46,003 bases of DNA from Candidatus Eiseniibacteriota bacterium (GTDB lineage: Bacteria > Eisenbacteria > RBG-16-71-46 > CAIMUX01 > WJJG01), in contig JAZDGX010000086.1 in the NCBI GenBank assembly GCA_043806645.1, forward strand, positions 1-46,003. The letters run 5' to 3'. Positions 38,160 to 46,003 of the stretch are shown here, piece after piece. The position numbers were made by a program, and so were the translations under genes. Below the pieces are notes generated by a model. It was not told where the DNA came from. It saw only the letters and a list, made by a program, of their open reading frames with translations, and made no database searches. Positions within the stretch are counted from its first letter, which is position 1, and every line of letters begins with the position of its first letter.

Positions 38160-39226
38160 AGAAACGACCGCAGCCGGTGATAGCTGCCGGGGAAGTACTC
38201 CTCGAAGAGCCGGTCCATCGCGTCGACCGCCGAGCGCAGCAGATCCGCCTTGTCCTGATAGGGGAGGAAGCTGCTCTTGAATCCGTGGATCAGCAGCCGG
38301 CGCAGATCGTAGACATCCAATCGAAAGGCGCGGCAGGCGAGATCGAGCTCGTTGGACATCGTGGTTGCCGAGACGAGACGGTTGTCGGTGTTCAAGGTAA
38401 CCCGCAGACCGGCGTCGAAGTATAGCCGAAACGGATGGTGCTGCAGCGTGGTCGTCTTGGTCTGCAGGTTGCTGCTAAGACAGATTTCAAGGGGAATGCG
38501 GTGGTCGTTCACGTAGCTCATCAGGTCGCCGTCCTCGCACAGCCGCACGCCGTGGCCGATGCGGTGCGCCCCGCAGTAGTGCAGCGCCTGGTGGATCGAG
38601 GGGGGACCGAAGTCCTCCCCGGCGTGGACGGTCGAGCTCACGTTGTGATTGCGGATTTCGAAGAAGGCCTCGCGATGATCCTTGGCCGGATAGTCCTTCT
38701 CCGCCCCGGCGAGATCGAAGCCGACGACCCCGCGCCCCTTGAACGAGACCGTCAGGCGCGCCAGCTCGAGACTCATCTCGGGACTGATCGTACGGATGCC
38801 GCAAAGAATCGCGCCCGTGCGAATGACGTAGCGCGCCTCGGCCGCACGCAGGCCGGCCACGACCGCTTCCACGATCTCGGGATGGGTCAGGCCGGCGTGC
38901 GTGTGCAGGATCGGGGAGAAGCGCACTTCCATGTACCAGATGCCTTCATGGGCGGCATCCTCGGCCAACTCGTAGGCGGCCCGCATCAGGGCCTCGCGCG
39001 TCTGCAGCACGGCCAGGGTGATATCGAAGACCTGCAGGTAGTGGGCGAGATCGGGGACATCGCGGCCGTGCATGTAAGCGAGGACTTCCTCGGGCGTCCG
39101 GAAGGGGAGGGACACTCCGGCCTGCGCACCGAGGGCGAGCAGCGTCTCGGGGCGCAGCGAGCCGTCCAGGTGCACGTGCAGATCCGTCTTGGGAAGCCTG
39201 CGGATGAGTTCGACGGGAATGTTCAT
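38156..39226 (-). CDS. add: adenosine deaminase
   Basis: LPKTDLHVHLDGSLRPETLL, HAGE (VHAGEDFGP), RIGHGV and LNTDNRLVS. The ATG overlaps the upstream stop (ATGA at 39223-39226). Confidence 0.9.
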
Positions 39227-40578
39227 GCGGTGTGCCTTTCTGCGAAGCGGGCGCGCAGGCGCCCCCTTTGGCGGAGCGCCTCCCGGCGCAGTTCTTCCAG
39301 GTCGAAGCCGGTCAGCCGCCCGTCGGCAACCAGGGGTCGGCCGTCGACATAGACCTCCGCGGGGCGGGCGGCCGGTACGGCGCGCACGAGACGATCCTCA
39401 ATGGGCAGATCTCCGGGCCAGCCCAGCTCACCCTCGGGATAGAGTTGGAAGTCGGCCCGCTTTCCCGCGCTCAGGGTCCCGATCTCGCCTGCCATTGCTA
39501 TCGCGCGCGCGCCTTCGGAGGTTGCCATGGCGAACACGCGTTGCGCGGAGACTGCACCCGGTCCGACGGCGATGTCCTGCAGTTGCGCCGCCAGGCGCAT
39601 GTCGGCGGGGATGCTTAGGGCATCGTTGCAGGCCGCCCCGTCCGAACCCAGCCCGACCGCCACGCCTGCCTCGAGCAGCTGCGCGAGCGGGGCGATTCCC
39701 GAGCCCAGGCGGGCATTGCTGCCGGGACAGTGGATCACGCCCGTGCCGTGTCGGGCCAGCGCGGCGCGCTCGCCCGGGTCGGTCCAGACGGCGTGAACGA
39801 GAACGGCGGGGGCCTCGAGGATGCCCCATTGTTCCAGTGCACGAATGGGTGTCGTGCCGTGCATGGCCGTACAGGTCTCGTTCTCCCAAGGCGTCTCAGA
39901 CACGTGCGTGTGGACGAGGATCCGGCGGCGAGTCGCCTGCGCGGCGATCTCGCGCCAGAGGCGCGCCGATACCGAGAGAGTGAAGCGCGGTGCGAAGGCG
40001 ACCTTCAGCCGTCCCTCGGCGCGGCCGTTCCAGCGTTCATAGAGCTGCAGAGCCTCCGCGAACGCATCCTCGGGGTCCTGGTGCAACTCCGCCGGGATGC
40101 CGTCGCCGGCGTCCATCAAGGCTTTGCCGAGGATCGCACGCACGCCCATTTCCTCGGCCGCCTCCGCGATCACCTCGGTGTGGGCGACCGTGCCCATGTC
40201 CAGAAGTGTGGTGGCGCCATGAAGGAGGGTCTCTGCGATGCCCAGACGGGCCGCGGCCCGCAGGCTGTCGGGATCGAGCATTCCCTCGAGCGGCCAGATC
40301 CTCTCGCGCAGCCAGCGATCGAGGCGCCGGCCATCGGCCAGTCCGCGAAAGAGGGTTTGGCACAGGTGAATGTGTCCCTGGACGAAGCCGGGGAGCACGA
40401 TCATTCCCGTACGATCCAGAATACGCGTCAGGGGTGCGGGAGGCGGCAGGTCAAGGCCGAGGGCGCGGATCGTGCTTCCCTCCACCTCGAGGGCTCCGTC
40501 GAGCAGGGGCTGGCCGGGCCCGGTGAGGATCCGCACGCCCTCCATTCTCCACCGCGCCGGTCGTTCAACGCTTTCCAT
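39223..40578 (-). CDS. mtaD: amidohydrolase of the MTA/SAH (or 5'-deoxyadenosine) deaminase type (COG0402)
   Basis: LPGFVQGHIHLCQTLFRGLADGRRLDRWLRERIWPLEG, HTHVSET, HAVW and GLGSDGAACN. Start chosen at ATG 40578 (GAAAGGA upstream). TTG 40593 or ATG 40545 are also possible. Confidence 0.8.
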   Translation of the reverse strand: MESVERPARWRMEGVRILTGPGQPLLDGALEVEGSTIRALGLDLPPPAPLTRILDRTGMIVLPGFVQGHIHLCQTLFRGLADGRRLDRWLRERIWPLEGMLDPDSLRAAARLGIAETLLHGATTLLDMGTVAHTEVIAEAAEEMGVRAILGKALMDAGDGIPAELHQDPEDAFAEALQLYERWNGRAEGRLKVAFAPRFTLSVSARLWREIAAQATRRRILVHTHVSETPWENETCTAMHGTTPIRALEQWGILEAPAVLVHAVWTDPGERAALARHGTGVIHCPGSNARLGSGIAPLAQLLEAGVAVGLGSDGAACNDALSIPADMRLAAQLQDIAVGPGAVSAQRVFAMATSEGARAIAMAGEIGTLSAGKRADFQLYPEGELGWPGDLPIEDRLVRAVPAARPAEVYVDGRPLVADGRLTGFDLEELRREALRQRGRLRARFAERHTA

Positions 40579-40645
40579 CCTGGTCCTTTCCAAAGGCCCT
40601 GCCTGAAGCTCCGGAGCGAGCCCCGCCGCCCGCCCGGCTTTCGTC

Positions 40646-40675
40646 TTGACAGTCCGCCCTCAGGGTCGATATTCG
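40646..40675 (+). promoter_or_regulatory. sigma-70-like promoter candidate for the hpt salvage operon
   Basis: TTGACA-N18-TATTCG, 125 nt upstream of the hpt ATG. Confidence 0.3.
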
Positions 40676-40800
40676 TCGCTTCATTGTGCTAGGGTTTCCG
40701 CATCCGGGCAAGTTGACCCGTTCCCATGTCTGCAGCTCGCGGTGCGTGCGGTTGCGGCCGGCGCCGGCCCCCGGACCGCCCCATCGCAGCGGAGGGCGTC

Positions 40801-41343
40801 ATGCGCACCCTGCTCGCCCGGGAGGCGATCGACCAGAAGACGTGCGAGCTGGCGCGCGCCATTTCGAGGGATTTTCTGGGCAAGACCCCGGTCTTGATCG
40901 GCATCCTCAAGGGATCGGTTTTCTTCCTCGCGGACCTCATGCGCCACCTGGATCTCGACCACGAGGTCGATTTCATCTCGATCTCCAGCTATGCTTCGGG
41001 CATCACGTCGTCGGGGACCGTGCGCCTGCTGAAGGACCTCGATTGCGACATCAGCGGGCGAGACGTGCTGGTCGTCGAGGACATCATCGACAGCGGGCTG
41101 TCTCTTTCCTATCTGCGCAAGAACCTGCTATCGCGCAACCCGCGAAGCCTCTCGATAGTAACGCTTCTGGACAAGCGGGTTCCACGGGAACGCCAGGTCT
41201 ATGTCGACTATGTCGGCTTCGAAATCGACAACCTCTTCGTGATCGGCTACGGCCTGGACTACGCCGAGCGCTTCCGGGAACTCCCCGAAGTGGCGGTCAT
41301 GGAGGAGGAAGACCAGCGCCGGGTGGATGCCGAGCGACTCTGA
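40801..41343 (+). CDS. hpt: hypoxanthine phosphoribosyltransferase
   Basis: ATG 40801 with GGAGGG upstream. LIGILKGSVFFLADLMRHL, the PRPP loop VLVVEDIIDSGLSLSYL and FVIGYGLDYAERFRELP. Confidence 0.9.
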   Translation: MRTLLAREAIDQKTCELARAISRDFLGKTPVLIGILKGSVFFLADLMRHLDLDHEVDFISISSYASGITSSGTVRLLKDLDCDISGRDVLVVEDIIDSGLSLSYLRKNLLSRNPRSLSIVTLLDKRVPRERQVYVDYVGFEIDNLFVIGYGLDYAERFRELPEVAVMEEEDQRRVDAERL

Positions 41344-41415
41344 ACGGGTGGTGCGGGGCAGCCGGGCCGCCGGTCGCGCGAGGCGCGGCCTGGGGCGGGA
41401 GCGAAAGGGGGCGGG

Positions 41416-42090
41416 ATGTCAGCGCGGCCGGACACCTTCTTCGTCGGCATCTGCGGCAATATCGGCGTGGGCAAGTCCGCCTTCGCCCGTCTGCTCGGGG
41501 AAAGGACCGGCTGGCCGGTCTACTACGAGCCGGTGGCGGAGAACCCCTTCCTGGAGGCCTTCTACGCAGACATGAAGCGCTGGGCGTTTCACCTGCAGAT
41601 CTACCTGCTCGCCGAGCGCTTCAAGGCCCAGAAGAACTTTGTCGAGTTGCGCCAGCCCTTCATTCAGGACCGGACGATCTACGAGGATGGGGAGATCTTC
41701 GCCCGGGTGCTCCACGAGCGCGGCGCGATGGAGCCGCGGGAGTTCGACAGCTTTCTTGCTCTATTCCGCCAAATGGTTGAATTGCTCCCGTTTCCGGGCT
41801 TGCTGCTGTATCTCAAGGCCCGGCCGGAATCCCTTGTCGCGCGGATCTCGGCCCGCGGGCGGGCTTGCGAGGCGGCCGTGACGGCGGCCTACCTGGAGCA
41901 ATTGGACCGGGCCTACCGGGAGTGGATCGCCAGCGTGCGGGGGCTCTGCCCCATCGTCGAAATCGATACCGAGGCGATCGAGTTCCCTCCCGAGCGGCGC
42001 CTGATCGACAGGATCCTGGCCCAGATCGAAGCGGCCCACACCGGGCGCTCCGCGGCGGTTGCGGCCCAACCGGGCCGCGGGGAGGCCTAG
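41416..42090 (+). CDS. deoxynucleoside kinase (dAK/dGK/dCK family)
   Basis: P-loop ICGNIGVGKSAF, then YYEPVAENPFLEAFY, FHLQIYLLAERF and QDRTIYEDGEIFA. Confidence 0.85.
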   Translation: MSARPDTFFVGICGNIGVGKSAFARLLGERTGWPVYYEPVAENPFLEAFYADMKRWAFHLQIYLLAERFKAQKNFVELRQPFIQDRTIYEDGEIFARVLHERGAMEPREFDSFLALFRQMVELLPFPGLLLYLKARPESLVARISARGRACEAAVTAAYLEQLDRAYREWIASVRGLCPIVEIDTEAIEFPPERRLIDRILAQIEAAHTGRSAAVAAQPGRGEA

Positions 42091-42816
42091 GTGACACGCA
42101 GCGTCGCCGGGAAGAAAGGGAAGGGCGGGGAGGCCCCCGCCGCGGCGCCCCCCCCCGCCGACGGGCGCCGCGTCCTGATCGGCATCGCCGGCGGCAGCGC
42201 CTCGGGCAAGACGATGGTCGCGCAGCGGGTGACCGAGCAACTCGGCTCCCGCAAGGTCGTGATCATCAAGCAGGATTCCTACTATCGAAATCACGAAGGG
42301 CTGCCGTTCGAGAAACGCAGCCGGCAGAATTACGATCACCCGGATGCCTTCGACCGGGAGCTGCTCGCCGAGCAGCTGCGCATCCTGCTCGAGGGCGGCT
42401 CGATCCGCATGCCGGTCTATGACTTCAAGCAGCATTTGCGCACGCGCCGGACGATCCCCGTCTCGGGCTGCCAGATCATCATCGTCGAGGGCATCCTGAT
42501 CCTCGACGATCCCTTGCTGCGCGCGCTCATGGACATCAAGGTCTACATCGACACCGACGCCGACGTGCGCCTGCTGCGGCGCATCCAGCGCGATGTGACC
42601 GAGCGCGGGCGCACGCTGGAGTCGGTGATCGAGCAGTACGTACAGACGGTGCGGCCGATGCACATGCAGTTCGTCGAGCCGTCGAAGCGCCATGCGGACG
42701 TGATCATTCCTGAGGGGGGGCACAACACGGTGGCGATCGATCTGTTGGTGACCAAGATCCGCTCGATCCTCGCCCTGCACGCCCGCCGCAGCCGGCACCG
42801 GGAGCCGGCGTCATGA
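42091..42816 (+). CDS. udk: uridine kinase
   Basis: GTG 42091 immediately follows the upstream [43 protein letters not shown] and [10 protein letters not shown]...[12 protein letters not shown]. Confidence 0.9.
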   Translation: MTRSVAGKKGKGGEAPAAAPPPADGRRVLIGIAGGSASGKTMVAQRVTEQLGSRKVVIIKQDSYYRNHEGLPFEKRSRQNYDHPDAFDRELLAEQLRILLEGGSIRMPVYDFKQHLRTRRTIPVSGCQIIIVEGILILDDPLLRALMDIKVYIDTDADVRLLRRIQRDVTERGRTLESVIEQYVQTVRPMHMQFVEPSKRHADVIIPEGGHNTVAIDLLVTKIRSILALHARRSRHREPAS

Positions 42817-43460
42817 CCTTCGGAACTCCGCGCGACACGGGGTGGATCGAGGTCATCTGCGGCAGCATGTTCAGCGGCAAGACCGAGGAGCTGATCCGCC
42901 GGCTGCGCCGCGCGCTGATCGCGCGCCAGCAGGTGGCGATCTTCAAGCCGGTCGTCGACGACCGCTACGCGCCCGACCAGCTCGTGACCCACGACCGGAT
43001 CATGATCCCCTCGATCCCGGTGCGCCACCCGCGTGAGATCCTGGAGCGGACCGGGGATGCGCAGGTGCTCGGCGTCGACGAGGTGCAGTTCTTCGATCAC
43101 GACATCGTCGATGTCTGCCAGGAGCTCGCGGCGGCGGGCAAGCGCGTGATCGTGGCGGGGCTGGACACCGATTATCGCGGGCTGCCCTTCGAACCGGTGC
43201 CGGACTTGATGGCGGTGGCGGAGTATGTGACCAAGGTGCACGCGGTCTGCGTGATCTGCGGCAATCCGGCCATCCGCACCCAGCGGGTCGTGCGCCGGGG
43301 GGATCGCATTCTGGTCGGGGGCAGCGACGCCTATGAGCCACGCTGCCGGCGTTGTTTCGAGCCGCCCGAGGAGGGTTCGGGGGATCTGTTCGCCGCGGGA
43401 GGCGCGCAGGCGGAGCAGACGGAGCAGGTGAAGCAGGAACGCCGGGAGGGGGAGCGATGA
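42813..43460 (+). CDS. tdk: thymidine kinase
   Basis: [24 protein letters not shown], and the zinc motif CVICGNPA...CRRC. ATGA overlap with udk. Confidence 0.9.
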   Translation: MTFGTPRDTGWIEVICGSMFSGKTEELIRRLRRALIARQQVAIFKPVVDDRYAPDQLVTHDRIMIPSIPVRHPREILERTGDAQVLGVDEVQFFDHDIVDVCQELAAAGKRVIVAGLDTDYRGLPFEPVPDLMAVAEYVTKVHAVCVICGNPAIRTQRVVRRGDRILVGGSDAYEPRCRRCFEPPEEGSGDLFAAGGAQAEQTEQVKQERREGER

Positions 43461-44479
43461 GGCACGCAACGCGCGGCGGGTGGCTGCGGGGGCTGGGGTG
43501 GGCGCTCCTGGCGGGCGCGGTCCTGCCGCTGGGGTGCGGGGGAGGCGGCGAGAAGGCTCCGGCCCGGCCCTTCCACGTCGGGATGGTCTTCGACGTGGGG
43601 GGACTCGGAGACAAGTCCTTCAACGACCTCGCCTACCAGGGTCTGCTGCAGGCGCGCGAGAAACTCGGGGTGAGCTTCGAGTACTTCGAGCCGACGCAGA
43701 GTTCGGATCGCGAGGCGGCGCTCAGGCTCTACGCGCAGGGCGGGGCCGATCTGATCGTCGGGGTGGGCTTTCTTTTCACCGATGACATCAACGCGGTGGC
43801 TGCCGATTTCCCCGCCCAGCGCTTCGTCTGCGTCGACTACAGCTGGAGCGAGGGCCAAGCGATTCCGCCGAATGTTGTCGGACTGAAGTTCCGCGAGGAA
43901 GAGGGCGCGTTCCTTGTCGGTGCGTTGGCGGCGATGGTGAGCAAGAGCGGCACGCTGGGCTTCATCGGGGGCATGGACATTCCCCTGATCCACAAGTTCG
44001 AGGCGGGTTATCGCGCCGGGGTGCAGCATGTCTCCCCTGCGGCGCGGGTGCTCGTCAACTACGCGGGTGTCACGGGGGATGCGTTCAAGAACCCGGCCAA
44101 GGGCAAGGAGCTTGCCCTCTCGCAGTACGATCAAGGGGCCGACATCATCTTCCACGCCTCCGGATCGACCGGGCTCGGGGTCTTCGAGGCCGCGCGCGAG
44201 GGTGACCGGCTCGTGATCGGCGTCGACGCGGACCAGTCCGGCGAGGCGCCGGGGCACGTGCTCACGAGCATGATCAAGCGTGTGGACCGCGCCGTCGGCG
44301 ACGAGATCGCTCAGGCGCTTGAAGGCCGCTTCACCAGTGGGGTGCGCGTTTTTGGATTGAAGGAGGGCGGGGTCGACTATGTGCGCAGCCAGCCGTGGCT
44401 GACTCCCGAGCGGGAGGCGCGACTCGATCAGATCACCCGCCAGATCGCCGCGGGCGAGATCCGCGTGCCTGCCGAATAG
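43457..44479 (+). CDS. BMP-family (PnrA/Med-like) lipoprotein, probable nucleoside-binding ABC transporter component
   Basis: ATG 43457 overlaps the tdk stop (ATGA). Lipobox LPLGC, then VGMVFDVGGLGDKSFNDLAYQGL, which is typical of basic membrane lipoprotein substrate-binding proteins. Confidence 0.85.
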   Translation: MRHATRGGWLRGLGWALLAGAVLPLGCGGGGEKAPARPFHVGMVFDVGGLGDKSFNDLAYQGLLQAREKLGVSFEYFEPTQSSDREAALRLYAQGGADLIVGVGFLFTDDINAVAADFPAQRFVCVDYSWSEGQAIPPNVVGLKFREEEGAFLVGALAAMVSKSGTLGFIGGMDIPLIHKFEAGYRAGVQHVSPAARVLVNYAGVTGDAFKNPAKGKELALSQYDQGADIIFHASGSTGLGVFEAAREGDRLVIGVDADQSGEAPGHVLTSMIKRVDRAVGDEIAQALEGRFTSGVRVFGLKEGGVDYVRSQPWLTPEREARLDQITRQIAAGEIRVPAE

Positions 44480-44482
44480 CCG

Positions 44483-46003
44483 ATGCCATCCGGGTCGGAC
44501 AGGGGCGCCACACGCGCCCCCCGGGTCGAACTGGCCGGGATCACGCGGCGCTTCGGTGCCACCTTCGCCAATGCGGATGTCGATCTCACGCTCGAGCCGG
44601 CCTCGATCCATGCCCTGGTCGGAGAGAACGGGGCCGGCAAATCGACCCTCATGCGGATTCTCTACGGTCTGCTGCGCCCGGAGCGCGGGCGCATTCTGAT
44701 CGACGGCCGGCCGGTGGAGGTCGCCTCCCCCTCGGTGGCGCTCGCCCACGGCATCGGCATGATCCACCAGCACTTCATGCTCGTGCCGCGGATGACGGTG
44801 CTCGAGAACGTGGTGCTCGGGTTTCCGGGGCGCCGCGGGCTCGCCACGCTGCCGCGCCGGGAGATCGCCGCCCACCTCGAGCGGCTTTCCGCGGCCTATG
44901 GTCTGGATCTGGATCCCTTCGCGTGCGTCGAGAATCTCGGAATCGGTGAGCGCCAGCGCGTCGAGATCGTGCGCCTGCTCTTTCACGGAGCGCGGCTGCT
45001 GATTTGCGACGAACCGACGGCGGTCCTCGCTCCCCCCGAGGTCGACGCGCTCTTCCGCACGCTGGAGCGTTTCCGTGGGGAAGGCCGGACGGTCGTCTTC
45101 ATCACCCACAAGCTGGCCGAGGTCCTGGAAGTCGCCGACCGCGTGACCGTGCTGCGCCGGGGCCGGGTCGTCGGCGGGCTCGAGCGCGGGCAGTTCGACC
45201 GCGACCGATTGATCCAGTGGATCGTCGGCGACGAGGCGGAGGTTTCAAGAGAGATCACGCGCCAGGCCGACGCGCCGCAGTGGAATGCGGGCGTCTCCGG
45301 TCCGGACTCGGTTGCCGCCCGCAGAGGGCCGACCCGGCCGGCCGGTGACGGGCCGCCGGCGCTTTCTGTGCGCGGTCTGGGCGTGGTCGAGGAAGGACGG
45401 GGCCCTGCCCTGCTCGGCGTGGATTTCGATCTGCGGGCCGGAGAGATTCTCGGCGTGGCGGGGGTCCAGGGCAACGGCCAACGCGAACTGGCCGAGACGG
45501 TCTCGGGACGGCGCGCGGCGAGCGCAGGAGAGATCCGGATCGGCGCGAGGCGAATCGGCGCCGGCGAGAGTATGCCGACCTCGCTGCGCCCCGCCTTCAT
45601 TCCCGAAGACCGTACCAGCGAGGGTCTCATCGGGGGCATGCCGCTCTGGGAGAATCTGCTGCTCGCGCATCTCGGCGACGCGCCGTTCGTGCGCGGCGGC
45701 TGGTTCGGCCATGCAGCGGCGCGCGCCTGGGCGCGTCCGCTGTTGACGCGCTTTCGCGTCCAGCCCGCCGTGCCCGGGGCCCTCCCCGAGGCGCTGAGCG
45801 GCGGCAATCAGCAGAAGTTGCTCTGCGCCCGGGAGCTTTCGCGCTCCGTGCGCATCCTGGTCGCCGCGCAGCCGACGCGTGGAATCGACCTCGCCAGCAC
45901 TTCCTACCTGCACGATCTGCTGCGGCGATTCCGGGACGAGGGTGGCAGCGTGCTGCTCATCTCGGCCGATCTGGAGGAGATCCTCGCCCTGGCGGATCGG
46001 ATC
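44483..46003 (+). CDS. ABC transporter ATP-binding protein with duplicated cassettes (sugar/nucleoside importer type); 3' end outside the window
   Basis: The frame is open from ATG 44483 to the window end. It is absent from the ORF track only because it has no stop. Walker A GENGAGKSTLM, LICDEPT, and a second cassette with GVQGNGQ and LSGGNQQK. Confidence 0.85.
   Translation, partial: MPSGSDRGATRAPRVELAGITRRFGATFANADVDLTLEPASIHALVGENGAGKSTLMRILYGLLRPERGRILIDGRPVEVASPSVALAHGIGMIHQHFMLVPRMTVLENVVLGFPGRRGLATLPRREIAAHLERLSAAYGLDLDPFACVENLGIGERQRVEIVRLLFHGARLLICDEPTAVLAPPEVDALFRTLERFRGEGRTVVFITHKLAEVLEVADRVTVLRRGRVVGGLERGQFDRDRLIQWIVGDEAEVSREITRQADAPQWNAGVSGPDSVAARRGPTRPAGDGPPALSVRGLGVVEEGRGPALLGVDFDLRAGEILGVAGVQGNGQRELAETVSGRRAASAGEIRIGARRIGAGESMPTSLRPAFIPEDRTSEGLIGGMPLWENLLLAHLGDAPFVRGGWFGHAAARAWARPLLTRFRVQPAVPGALPEALSGGNQQKLLCARELSRSVRILVAAQPTRGIDLASTSYLHDLLRRFRDEGGSVLLISADLEEILALADRI

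Noticed and set aside
43331-45109. 592-aa minus-strand ORF, plus the plus-strand ORFs 44395-44949, 45004-45348 and 45285-45746
   Set aside because: They overlap the BMP lipoprotein gene and the ABC ATPase gene. The true ATPase frame (44483 to the window end) is missing from the track only because it has no stop in the window.

Overview
GC-rich bacterial chromosomal segment (about two-thirds G+C by eye, third codon positions almost all G/C). I saw no transposase, integrase, phage gene or CRISPR array. The ORF track is full of long antisense shadow ORFs, so calls rest on recognisable protein motifs, Shine-Dalgarno context and gene-end overlaps. The lineage looks like an uncultivated FCB/Gemmatimonadota/Eisenbacteria-like bacterium; this is inference from a FlgD-Ig/T9SS-like C-terminal domain, DUF1573 and the high GC.

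Gene order:
- dxs (3' fragment), trxB, def.
- A three-gene uncharacterised cluster: a small DUF6125-like Cys protein, a 1139-aa double BcrAD/BadFG activase fused to a DUF2229-type domain, and an activase-related protein.
- On the minus strand: nrnA-like DHH phosphoesterase, a secreted S8 protease and a small secreted protein.
- rpsU-mutS2-dnaG-rpoD.
- tRNA(CAU), tRNA-Val(CAC), an intrinsic terminator, a DUF164 zinc-ribbon coiled-coil protein and RNase P RNA.
- A four-gene envelope operon: GT-C-like membrane protein, a peptidase-MA/PD40/Omp85 fusion, a BamB-like PQQ propeller and an NHL-like lipoprotein.
- On the minus strand: DUF1573, a Cys-less rhodanese and MauE.
- MBL-fold hydrolase, gcdH (minus strand), a hybrid-like histidine kinase, a CheY-type regulator and an ABC-F ATPase.
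- A nucleoside salvage block: mtaD-like deaminase and add (minus strand) diverging from hpt, a deoxynucleoside kinase, udk, tdk, a BMP/PnrA-type lipoprotein and an ABC ATPase that runs off the window.

Most notable observations:
1. An in-frame TAA sits exactly at the conserved Tyr of the S8 protease's C-terminal sorting domain, and the conserved domain end continues in frame behind it.
2. The translationally coupled DUF6125/activase/DUF2229 cluster has no assigned substrate.
3. An Omp85 barrel is fused to a HEXXH peptidase and a PD40 propeller inside a tight envelope operon.
4. A 19-bp perfect inverted repeat exactly fills a convergent intergenic gap.
5. A compact nucleoside salvage supercluster.
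6. Five TTGaca-N18-TAnnnT promoter-like sites, two of them placing an ATG within 7-9 nt of the -10 (possible leaderless mRNAs).

No search or computation was run; all family assignments are from motif recognition.
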